From Gordius albopunctatus (taxonomy: Eukaryota): a DNA stretch of 64,000 nucleotides. The stretch covers positions 3,534,001 through 3,598,000 of the forward strand of contig OZ193910.1 of the NCBI GenBank assembly GCA_964276515.1, written 5' to 3'. This document shows, one piece after another, positions 37,428 through 48,080 of the stretch. Below the pieces are notes generated by a model. It did no database searches and was not told the DNA's origin. It saw only the letters and a list, made by a program, of their open reading frames with translations. The stretch's first letter is position 1. Each line of letters begins with the position of its first letter. The position numbers and the translations under genes are program-made.

Positions 37428-37920
37428 ATGAAAAATATGAATGGGTCAAGAAAAGGGTTTTGTGCCTAAACTGTCTTAGGCAAAACCATAATGCCTATCA
37501 ATGCAGGGCCGGAACTTGTAAGATTTGCCAGAAAAGGCATAATACCTTACTGCATAAATCATTCATTCATTGGCACGCCATTTTTATTCATATATCAGCA
37601 ATCCCTAAACTTCCTCCCTGTTAACACATTCAACAATCGCATCATCACCACACATTTTATAATCAATCACATTCATTCGCATTCCATAACGATACACATT
37701 AAGCAAGTTTTCACATTCGCAATCTCACATGTTATACGTTTTTAATTCATTCACATAATTCAATCTAAAACATTTAAATAAACAAAATCTTCAACATTTT
37801 GGTCCTTCGAGCCGGATATGAACCAGCGACCGAGAAATATAAGCGTAATGTTGAAGCGAAATGTGGAAATAAGTAGAAGTTATTGAACGCGCGAAGTTTA
37901 GAATAATATTAAAACGCGAA
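37428..37920 (+). mobile_element. BEL/Pao LTR retrotransposon pieces: gag zinc-knuckle fragment, LTR 3' end, tRNA-Tyr primer binding site (PBS), LTR 5' start (mirrored at ~39853-40345)
   Basis: EWVKKRVLCLNCLRQNHNAYQCRAGTCKICQKRHNTLLH (37439-37555). AATAAA then CTTCAACA (37789-37796). TGGTCCTTCGAGCCGGAT from 37800. TGTTGAAG at 37849. Confidence 0.82.
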
Positions 37921-38294
37921 AATATTGGAATCAGGCTCTGATTCAGCCATTCCCACAAGCACACTTCTCAGGCTTTCTTTTAGGATGAACTTATTGCCTT
38001 GCAACCTGATGAGGTCAACCTCACTTAGAACATTCACCCTACACACATCATCCACAGCTTGTCCATTGTAAGCCACCAGAGAGAAGTTCAAAAGATTGCC
38101 TAACTTCTCTCTCCTGTTTTTATCTCTAGGGTTTATTGTTCGGCTTCCATGGCAAGACTCATCTCCTCTCCAGACATAACAATAGTGTCAGTCATGTTGT
38201 ATTTAAGTAGAGAGCTTGTAAATAATGAGTATAGCAGTTATGGTAATTGGGTAATGGGTTTATCAAATATAACAATTGTAAGGCAGACTTTGTG
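37920..38294 (-). pseudogene. Endogenous viral element: internally deleted phenuivirus-like nucleocapsid copy with its 5' UTR
   Basis: ATG at 38195 (MTDTIVMSGEEMSLAMEA) is joined out of frame at ~38143 to the C-terminal RTINPRDKN... segment. CACAAAGTC begins 99 nt upstream of the ATG. Confidence 0.78.
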
Positions 38295-38327
38295 AAATAA
38301 AGGGAATAATTTAGTTTAGTCCGCATC

Positions 38328-38746
38328 ATGACTGACACTATTAGTCTTGCCATGGAAGCGTGCCAGGAATACTTCAGGAATCATTTGATCTACCCAACAA
38401 TTACTGAGGAGATCTATGATGCCATGAGATACAAGGGCTTTGATCCACAAATGATCATGTGGTCAATGTTCACTGCCCATAAAAGATCCCCACCTGTGAG
38501 GATCAACACTTTCAATTCTTCAGGATTTTTACACCACTTATGCCTTCTGGCTGGAAGTGCTTGCATGAGGGGGACTAAAGTTAAGAAGATCCTCCAAAAG
38601 TCAGAAGAGTCCTACAAAGAGGACATAAGGAAGTTGGTGGAACTCTACAAAATCAAGGATTCCACCCCCACTGACAATAAATTGAGCCACAGGAAGTGGA
38701 GATGAGGATGAAAATACCACTGACGAGACAACAGCAGGGGCCAGAC
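38328..38746 (+). pseudogene. Phenuivirus-like nucleocapsid N-terminal half (duplicate of 39117-39535, probably an assembly overlap)
   Basis: Appears identical to the copy 789 bp downstream, across the N gap. Confidence 0.6.
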
Positions 38747-38946
38747 NNNNNNNNNNNNNNNNNNNNNNNNNNNNNNNNNNNNNNNNNNNNNNNNNNNNNN
38801 NNNNNNNNNNNNNNNNNNNNNNNNNNNNNNNNNNNNNNNNNNNNNNNNNNNNNNNNNNNNNNNNNNNNNNNNNNNNNNNNNNNNNNNNNNNNNNNNNNNN
38901 NNNNNNNNNNNNNNNNNNNNNNNNNNNNNNNNNNNNNNNNNNNNNN
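38747..38946. other. Assembly gap (200 N)
   Basis: Run of n characters. Confidence 1.
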
Positions 38947-39116
38947 CTCATCTCCTCTCCAGACATAACAATAGTGTCAGTCATGTTGTATTTAAGTAGA
39001 GAGCTTGTAAATAATGAGTATAGCAGTTATGGTAATTGGGTAATGGGTTTATCAAATATAACAATTGTAAGGCAGACTTTGTGAAATAAAGGGAATAATT
39101 TAGTTTAGTCCGCATC

Positions 39117-39864
39117 ATGACTGACACTATTAGTCTTGCCATGGAAGCGTGCCAGGAATACTTCAGGAATCATTTGATCTACCCAACAATTACTGAGGAG
39201 ATCTATGATGCCATGAGATACAAGGGCTTTGATCCACAAATGATCATGTGGTCAATGTTCACTGCCCATAAAAGATCCCCACCTGTGAGGATCAACACTT
39301 TCAATTCTTCAGGATTTTTACACCACTTATGCCTTCTGGCTGGAAGTGCTTGCATGAGGGGGACTAAAGTTAAGAAGATCCTCCAAAAGTCAGAAGAGTC
39401 CTACAAAGAGGACATAAGGAAGTTGGTGGAACTCTACAAAATCAAGGATTCCACCCCCACTGACAATAAATTGAGCCACAGGAAGTGGAGATGAGGATGA
39501 AAATACCACTGACGAGACAACAGCAGGGGCCAGACAGGACCCTGTATTCATCTACGCCAACGCCTCCCTAGATGAGGAGGACAAGAAATTAATAGGCAAG
39601 GCTGCTTTTGCCTATGCTATCAAATTTGACCGAACAATAAACCCTAGAGATAAAAACAGGAGAGAGAAGTTAGGCAATCTTTTGAACTTCTCTCTGGTGG
39701 CTTACAATGGACAAGCTGTGGATGATGTGTGTAGGGTGAATGTTCTAAGTGAGGTTGACCTCATCAGGTTGCAAGGCAATAAGTTCATCCTAAAAGAAAG
39801 CCTGAGAAGTGTGCTTGTGGGAATGGCTGAATCAGAGCCTGATTCCAATATTTTCGCGTTTTAA
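39117..39864 (+). pseudogene. Endogenous viral element: Tenuivirus/Phlebovirus-family nucleocapsid (N) gene, frameshifted at ~39472
   Basis: N half: MRYKGFDP...RGTKVKKILQKS...IRKLVELYKIKDSTP (compare phlebovirus YQGFD...RGNKP..M..KMS...L..KYKLK.G.P). C half from 39475 in another frame: AAFAYAIKFDRTINP...FSLVAYNGQAV...R..VL..VDLI (compare AHSLYLLQFSRVINP...PMNAAVNSNF...RR.FL...GLV). Confidence 0.82.
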
Positions 39865-40345
39865 TATTATTCTAAACTTCGCGCGTTCAATAACTTCTAC
39901 TTATTTCCACATTTCGCTTCAACATTACGCTTATATTTCTCGGTCGCTGGTTCATATCCGGCTCGAAGGACCAAAATGTTGAAGATTTTGTTTATTTAAA
40001 TGTTTTAGATTGAATTATGTGAATGAATTAAAAACGTATAACATGTGAGATTGCGAATGTGAAAACTTGCTTAATGTGTATTGTTATGGAATGCGAATGA
40101 ATGTGATTGATTATAAAATGTGTGGTGATGATGCGATTGTTGAATGTGTTAACAGGGAGGAAGTTTAGGGATTGCTGATATATGAATAAAAATGGCGTGC
40201 CAATGAATGAATGATTTATGCAGTAAGGTATTATGCCTTTTCTGGCAAATCTTACAAGTTCCGGCCCTGCATTGATAGGCATTATGGTTTTGCCTAAGAC
40301 AGTTTAGGCACAAAACCCTTTTCTTGACCCATTCATATTTTTCAT

Positions 40346-41354
40346 TAATTGAACTATTTAAAAACGCGGTGGAATAGCCGTTTTAAAATGCTAGACTCGG
40401 TGTTGAAGAATTATGAAGAGGTCGAAACGCTTTTGACCTCTACCGGGGACTCTTCAAAGATAAAATGTATTGACATTTATATGCTTGATGAGTTGACAAA
40501 GTTCTTAACGCCATTCAATATGGCAATTACAGAACTTGAGGCTGATAAGGCCCCAACTTTAAATAAATTTCTTTTATATTTTTACAAATTAAATGATTTC
40601 ACCAAAAATTACGACATTAAATCAGAACTACATGGTCTTGCCAAAAGGTGCAAGCAAATATTAAATAAAAAATTCGATCAAGATATGTACTACAAGATAG
40701 TTAAATTTTTAACGCCGAAATACAAACAGATGAAAATGCTGCAGCCTGAAGAGCTTAAGATTAGGTCATTAATGAATGATAAAAGTTGCGAAAGTCTAAA
40801 GGAAAAGCCAGTTGTTGAAAGGGAGGTATCAAAGGAAAATAATCAGCTAGGTATTTAACATATAACTTCATGTTAAAATATATTTTAGAAAATAATGCTA
40901 ACTTGTCTTTCATGGATTCTTCCGGTTGGGAGGAATGTGCAGATGAAAATGTTCAAGAAAAAGATGAACTTGAGGAATATATTCATTATAAACTTGCAAA
41001 AAATGATGAAACATACGACACATTAGAATGGTGGAGAATATATTCTTATAAATATCCTGCTTTAGGGTTATTGGCTCGTAAATTTCTGGCCATACCTGCT
41101 GCCTCCTCTGCGTCCAGTGAGAGATCTTTTTCTACAGCTGGACGAATTTTAGAAGATAGGAGGTCGAGTTTACGGCCTGAAATTGTAGACGCTATTATAT
41201 TTATACATAATTATAATAATTCTCAAATAAATTTATTATTCAAATTCGTGGCGTCAAATTTTTTCTCCAATTTATTTTGGCAAATCAATTTAAAATATTT
41301 AAAACGCTTTCGGGTCGGGTTTGGGGTTAAAAAATGTGACTTTGCAGGGCTCTA
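40346..41354 (+). mobile_element. hAT transposase 3' half plus terminus (right arm of palindrome)
   Basis: Reverse complement of the left arm; ends TGCAGGGCTCTA at 41354. Confidence 0.9.
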
Positions 41355-43606
41355 GTATTAATATCAAAAAAGACCTCTATGCCTTGTGTTTATTTAAACA
41401 GTAACATCCAATATTTGCGAAGTTTTAGTAGGGACACATAATAAAGAGTGTCTATAGTTGTATTATTAGTTGTAATCATTTCAAACTGGGTTATTTTTTT
41501 CATTTAACCACCTATATTTAATGTAAAAATTAATTTAAAAATTTTATAATCTTACCATTTATCCGATTCTCACTTATACAATTTCGACTGTAATTACATT
41601 GTGAGGGGTATATTATTTTTATAGCAAAACACAATTTTCATGATAAATTCTTTACATTGTTGTTTTGCCATTACATCAAGAGATTGTAAATCTGGCAAAA
41701 GAGATTTAAAAATAATAAATTTGGATCCTCTTCTTTTGAGGATTTAGCCCCTTCTATATCAATCAGTCTATTGAGTTGATCAACAAACAGGATTCTTCTT
41801 TTACAAGGTCTATTTTCTTTATCTATATCATGTAAGGTGCTTGTGGTGGGAGTTTCATCAAAAACCTTTTCCACAAACATGATGTCATTCATTTTAAAAG
41901 TTTATCATACCTTCACACCATATAATTTTATTCTTTTCAACGCTTTTGATCAAATATAAACTTTGCTGATACCTAAAAACTCAAAATTCATATAAAATTT
42001 ACGCTTACGAAAAATCTTGCATCCTACAAAATCGCTGTTATGTTGTTATGCGTCTAAAATCGAAATCTGCTCTAAATCGGATATTAAGACACTGCTATGT
42101 TAAACCACGTATGACGATTGTTGCTGCGCATCAAAATCCGATATTAAGACAAGCCCTAAGATTTATCCTATTTGAATAGTTCTTTCTACAATACATATAA
42201 ATGCTAATTTTAACTTATTTGGATATTAAATTTGATATACAACAACCAACTTTCTCATTTTTTTACCTTCTCTAGTACATATAACCCTTATTAATTTGGC
42301 AGATTCTCTTTATATTTTGAACCCAATTCTAATTTTAATTTATATCCAATTCATTTACATTCACAATATTTATGCATGCTAATAATGTCAAAGTTATGTA
42401 ATCCAACCAGTATTAGCTTTTAAACAATATCTGAGCTTCTTTATTGCTTATGATTCATTTCTCTGTAAGAATTTGAATTTCAAATTTGATAGAAGTCTAG
42501 GGCCTAGATAGACGTCGTCAATACAAATATATCGAGATATAGACTGACCCCTTCCCAACGCATTTCTAAAAACAATTAAATCATTCTTAATAATATTCCT
42601 TCTCAATGGGTGGTCCTGACTTTATATTTATCCCTCCTCCCACCCACCCCCATTCCCACGCCAAAAACAACTGCGAGCTCAAGACGAAAATGCTACTAAT
42701 ATTTTATAATTTTATTTATTTTAAATTTAAACTAATTTTATTTAGAGCCACTTACTAGGGACGTTCATGCTTTTACTTTTACCCCCTCCCCTTCGAGAGT
42801 GTATTCTCGAGGTGCAAGACAAGAAATAACTACTCTATATTAAACAAATTTATTATTCTCCTGCTTATCGCTCCCGGAAAAAATCTGGCGTCAATACCCA
42901 ACTGTAAAATTAAAAATAAGTCGGAAGAAGTCTGGCGCCCTCTTATAAATAATATATTTCCCCACCCATCTACAAATAAGATGTTATTTATTTATAACGA
43001 ACAAATACTTGCTAAAATGCTGTAATATATGAAGCTGTAAATTCCGAGATATCATTTTTTGACGAGGAAGTAGAGGGCTGATTGGAGGATGATATCTTGT
43101 CGCGATTTTTTGAAGCGAGGGACAAAACTGTTTAATAGAATTCAATGTTAATAGTCACCAAGAAATTTAATTGTATCACCAACTCACTCAAATATACATA
43201 TATAACGAATTATTATAAACAAGAAAATATCTTCACCTCCCGCTCCCCTCTGCGTCTATTCCCTATCATGAAGCTACTCTATTTTTGAACAAATATATTT
43301 TCTACTGCTCAAATGCTTGCGGAATAGATCTCGCTTAATTACTAATTTACACTAAAAATAAGTGTGAAGCAGACTGACCCCCCCCCCCCCATTATAAGGA
43401 AAGGTAAGCTCTACCCCTCTACAAAAATGGTCTTATTTATAACCAGTAATTCATCTACCTATTCACTTCTAATATATTGACAATATACAAAACACAACTA
43501 CGCTTGCTTCGAATAATTTTCATATCTGCCAATTAAGTTTTAAAATTTGTTTACTAAATCCGTTTCATTCCACGCCAACTTTTAAACCCCTTATACTCAA
43601 ATTAAA

Positions 43607-45250
43607 ATGATTTTAAAACTGGCTTCACTCAATACTCAAACCTTAAGAGAACCAGGAACCTTGCAGATCCTTACTTTATTTGCCTCCCACCACAGAATTC
43701 ACATTTTCTGCGTTCAGCAAACTAGATACTCACATCGCAAAGTTCTCCCCATTAACGACTATAATTGCTATTGCACAGAATGCGGCCTTGAGACTGCATC
43801 AGGGGTAGCCATTTTTATAAAAAAGGAACTCAAAGTGATTAGCATCGACTATGTTAACAACAGATTATTAATCATTCACTTAAAAATAAAAAATCGTTGT
43901 TCATCAATTTTAAACATATACGCTCCACACTCTTCCAAAAATTCTCAATCGATGGAATCCCTCCTCCAAAACATCACAGATAAACTTAAAACTAAACATC
44001 TTAATATCCTCGTCGGTGACTTTAATGCTTCCGTCCAGCTTTCATTGGGTGATAATAATTTAATAATTGGCCCGACTAACCGAAACGGTAAACTGCCTAA
44101 AAAATTCTGCTACAAACACAAACTAAAGATAACCTCAACCTTTTCCGACCTTCCTCTTGATAACCTAATCACATACCAAAAAAATGAAAATCACCAAGGT
44201 ACCCAAATTGATCATATAATATGCCAACTAAGAAACCACAAAATGATAAAGAACTTCCACACCTTTCAGCCTCTCTTAAAAACAGATAATTTTGTCATCT
44301 CAGCCGATCTCTTTATTAATCCCTCCTCTCTCCACTCGTCTAAAAAACTGAAAAAATACCCATATCGAGCAAACATAATCAGGCATCTCTCAACTTGAGT
44401 CCAGATTACAAACAGACTCGAAGGCTCTTGGCGATCTTGCCCCCCTCTCAGTCAATGACCACAATTACACTTTAGCAAAGTTTTTCACCCCATCCCAGAG
44501 TAACCATCTCCATATCAACATTAAGTCCTGGTTCTCCATCGATACCATTAATTTAACCGAGTCCCGATATAACGTTTTTAAGGATAAGACATTTAAAAAT
44601 AAAAAGCATGGGTCCAACATCTCACAAAAAAGATCAAAGCGGCAATAAAAAAGGACAAGGCTAATTACTTATCAAGCAAATTAAAAGAAGTAGAATCTGC
44701 TGCTCGCACAAACAGTACACACACGACACACCATTTAAAAAATTCTCAGAAACATCGCCGCAAAATTTGCAGATAAATATAATCACAACACAATACAAAA
44801 CGAACATAGCTCCAGCGATTCTTTGATCCAAATGGAGGCTTGGGAGAACTACTTTCGTTCCATTCTAGATCGCCTTTATTCAATCACCTGTTCCGACATA
44901 TTCCTTGAATTCATTAATAACTTCAAAACACCCACCACCCCTTCTATCAGAGTAGAACCACCCCCCTTGAATGAAATAAAATACGTGTTAAAATCCCTCA
45001 AACTTCACAAAGCATCCGATGCAGACAAAATCACAGCAGAAGCCTTTAAAGCTGAATACACCCTGTTTAGCGAACTCTTGCATCAATTCTTCACAAAAAT
45101 CTGGCAACAAGAGATCATCCCCCACGCTTGGTCTACTTAGTAAAATCTATAAAAAAGAAGACCCATCCCTTCCCGATAATTATAGAGGGATCACAATTAT
45201 AAATAACATTTCCAAGGTTTTTATAAAAATAATATACAGGAGGATATATC
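43607..45250 (+). mobile_element. Decayed non-LTR retrotransposon (AP endonuclease and start of RT)
   Basis: ASLNTQTL, CVQQTR, SGVAIF, NIYAP, VGDFNA and QIDHI (APE); IYKKEDP...NYRGITIINNISKVF (RT N-terminus). Many stops and frameshifts. Confidence 0.85.
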
Positions 45251-46774
45251 CATTCAGTGGTTCCCCCGCATAATCCCGAAAACGCAGAATCGCGAATTTC
45301 GAAACTAGGTTTTTCCGCCAATTTCAACATATGGAAAATTTGGAAAACTCTTTAACTATTGCAAATCAAGATAACAAAGAGGCACCACAGTAGCTAAATT
45401 TGTATTAAAAAACTTTTAAGTTTCTTACTTTGGAGATTTTGTTTATGTATACAATTTTGGGAATGTTCTGATGTTATCATAAAATTATTATATCTAAGGA
45501 CAGCTCTTCCTGGGCATTTACATATACTGTAGTGCCTGCACTTATAGTATACTTGTCCCATCTTACCTGCTCTGATCTTGATATAGTCAAACTTTTTGAA
45601 AGTGACTATATAATTTTTTCTATTAGATTTTTTAAAACCTATAACAATATGTGTATGCTTGCATAATAAAGCTTACTTATATTCTCTTTGTTATCTTGAT
45701 TTGCAATAGTTAAAGAGTTTTCCAAATTTTCCATATGTTGAAATTGGCGGAAAAACCTAGTTTCGAAATTAGCGATTCTGCGTTTTCGGGATTATGCGGG
45801 GGAACCACTGAATGGATATATCCTCCTGTATATTATCTTTATAAAAACCTTGGAAATGTTATTTATAATTGTGATCCCTCTATAATTATCGGGAAGGGAT
45901 GGGTCTTCTTTTTTATAGATTTTACTAAGTAGACCAAGCGTGGGGGATGATCTCTTGTTGCCAGATTTTTGTGAAGAATTGATGCAAGAGTTCGCTAAAC
46001 AGGGTGTATTCAGCTTTAAAGGCTTCTGCTGTGATTTTGTCTGCATCGGATGCTTTGTGAAGTTTGAGGGATTTTAACACGTATTTTATTTCATTCAAGG
46101 GGGGTGGTTCTACTCTGATAGAAGGGGTGGTGGGTGTTTTGAAGTTATTAATGAATTCAAGGAATATGTCGGAACAGGTGATTGAATAAAGGCGATCTAG
46201 AATGGAACGAAAGTGGTTCTCCCAAGCCTCCATTTGGATCAAAGAATCGCTGGAGCTATGTTCGTTTTGTATTGTGTTGTAATTATATATATCTGCAAAT
46301 TTTGCGGCGATGTTTCTGAGAATTTTTTAAATGGTGTGTCGTGTGTGTACTGTTTGTGCGAGGAGCAGATTCTACTTCTTTTAATTTGCTTGATAAGTAA
46401 TTATCCTTGTCCTTTTTTATTGCCGCTTTGATCTTTTTTGTGAGATGTTGGACCCATTCTTTTTATTTTTAAGTTTCTTATCCTTAAAAACGTTATATCG
46501 GGACTCCGTTAAATTAATGGTATCGATGGAGAACCAGGACTTAATGTTGATATGGAGATGGTTACTCTGGGATGGGGTGAAAAACTTTGCTAAAGTGTAA
46601 TTGTGGTCATTGACTGAGAGGGGGGCAAGATCGCCAAGAGCCTTCGAGTCTGTTTGTAATCTGGACTCAAGTTGAGAGATGTCTGATTATGTTTGCTCGA
46701 GATGGGTATTTTTTCAGTTTTTTAGACGAGTGGAGAGAGGAGGGATTAATAAAGAGATCGGCTCAGATGACAAA
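44291..46774. repeat. Inverted duplication: ~1.09-kb arms (44291-45381, 45684-46774) with a ~300-bp spacer
   Basis: Mirror ORFs (44823-45140 and 45925-46242, among others) differ by few substitutions. The spacer encodes a FLYWCH-like peptide on the minus strand. Confidence 0.92.
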
Positions 46775-48080
46775 TCGACTATTTGCTTATACGGTGAAAG
46801 GACTTATGGAGTATCAAGGATTGCAAAGTAATACCGGGAGAAGAAATTGCCAGGCAACATCGTCCCCTTGTTATGGATCTTGACAGAAGAGTATTTCCTG
46901 AAAGTAAAAGGTCTATGAATAGCGTTGCGATCTCGTCTCGGTCTCGAAAGCAAAATCTCGTCTCGTCTCGGCCTAGAAAAATCTCGATCTTGTCTCGACT
47001 TTTAAAAATAATTATACCATATATTTTTCTTCTGACTCTTATAAATTATTATATAAGATATAAATTGGTCATAATGGAACAAATTTTTTTTATCTCAAAC
47101 CCCAAAAGACACACCAGATGGGTATCTTAAGGCAGGAAGCATTATTGGAGGTATTATATATACTACTTTCCTCGAAGGTATAAAGTTGCTAAACAATAAC
47201 TTTCATTTCCTGGCTAAGGCTCAATAAAAGGATAAAGTTTAATAATATCATCATATTTTAACATAATGAATTTATTGAGATCTTATATAATAACGCTTAA
47301 ATAATGACAATAATGCGAGAGTAAACATTTGAAGATATCATTATTAATAACAAATAATTATCTGAACATTGTAAATACAATAAAATAGGCATTTTTGTTG
47401 GATGAACATAACAGTTTTGAGATCTTACGTTAATTGCACATATATAACTTAAAATATAAAATTTTCTTTAAAGCACAATTTACATTTCTCCATTTTATTT
47501 GAAATGTTTGAGCAGCTTGCTCTTTTTTGTGTTGGATGATGAATTGCGCGAAGCGGATAATTATGTGCGTAAGTAATTACTATCAAAAGTTTCAAAATCA
47601 TATTAGTTTGCACTAAATACCCTAAATTTAAATCTCATAAAATAAAAATTCTTAATTAGCTAAATGAAGACTTAATAGATAAAAATTAAAGTCGAGATCT
47701 CGCCGATAAAATCTCGTCTCGAGGTCAAAATTCTCCTCTCGATCTCGACTTAATTTTTCAAAAACCGAGATTTTTCTCGGTTTTTCCGCATCAATATCTA
47801 TGAACCCCGAATTCTACGAACGACGAACAAAGAATACCATCAAAAAGCCTGCTCACTCTTGGGTGCAAGGAAGTTGCAAAGGGACATAGACGACGATTGG
47901 GAGACGCTATCTAAGGACATTAAGGAAACAGCGATTCGTGTTCTAGGACAGACCAAAGGAGGCAAAGCTATGAATAGGGAACTATGGTGGTGGGATCAAT
48001 CGGTTAAAGATTTCATCGAAAGAAAAATCTTTATAGACGGTGGTATAAATCAAAAAAGTCGGAGGATTATCAAAAATATA
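46771..48080 (+). mobile_element. RTE fragment (same subfamily as 22735-25615) split by an insertion
   Basis: 46771-46919 and 47797-48075 match 23379-23820. Confidence 0.85.
46920..47796. mobile_element. Non-autonomous hAT-type element with GTCTCG-rich ends
   Basis: Exact 8-bp TSD TCTATGAA (46912-46919, 47797-47804). Confidence 0.82.

Larger units (their letters stand above)
34836..42156. mobile_element. PIF/Harbinger-type element (7.3 kb as assembled) carrying nested cargo
   Basis: Perfect 22-bp TIRs GGGCTTGTCTTAATATCGGATT (34836-34857, 42135-42156) and TAA on both sides (34833-34835, 42157-42159). BESS-like remnant DPNLLF/KSLLPDLQSL at ~41620-41730 (-). Short transposase-like remnants near 34990-35110 and 36302-36386. 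Confidence 0.82.

Noticed and set aside
38158..39535. Apparent tandem duplication of the viral N region (789-bp offset)
   Set aside because: The copies look identical and flank a 200-N gap, the usual sign of unmerged contig overlap. Treated as one copy pending long reads.
39942..39973. tRNA-Tyr gene
   Set aside because: Only the 3' 32 nt are present, with encoded CCA and next to an LTR end. It is a primer-derived copy, not a gene.
36379..41362. Palindrome as a freshly transposed composite hAT element
   Set aside because: The flanking 8-mers CCTTGAAT and GTATTAAT do not match, and both ends are the same (3') terminus.
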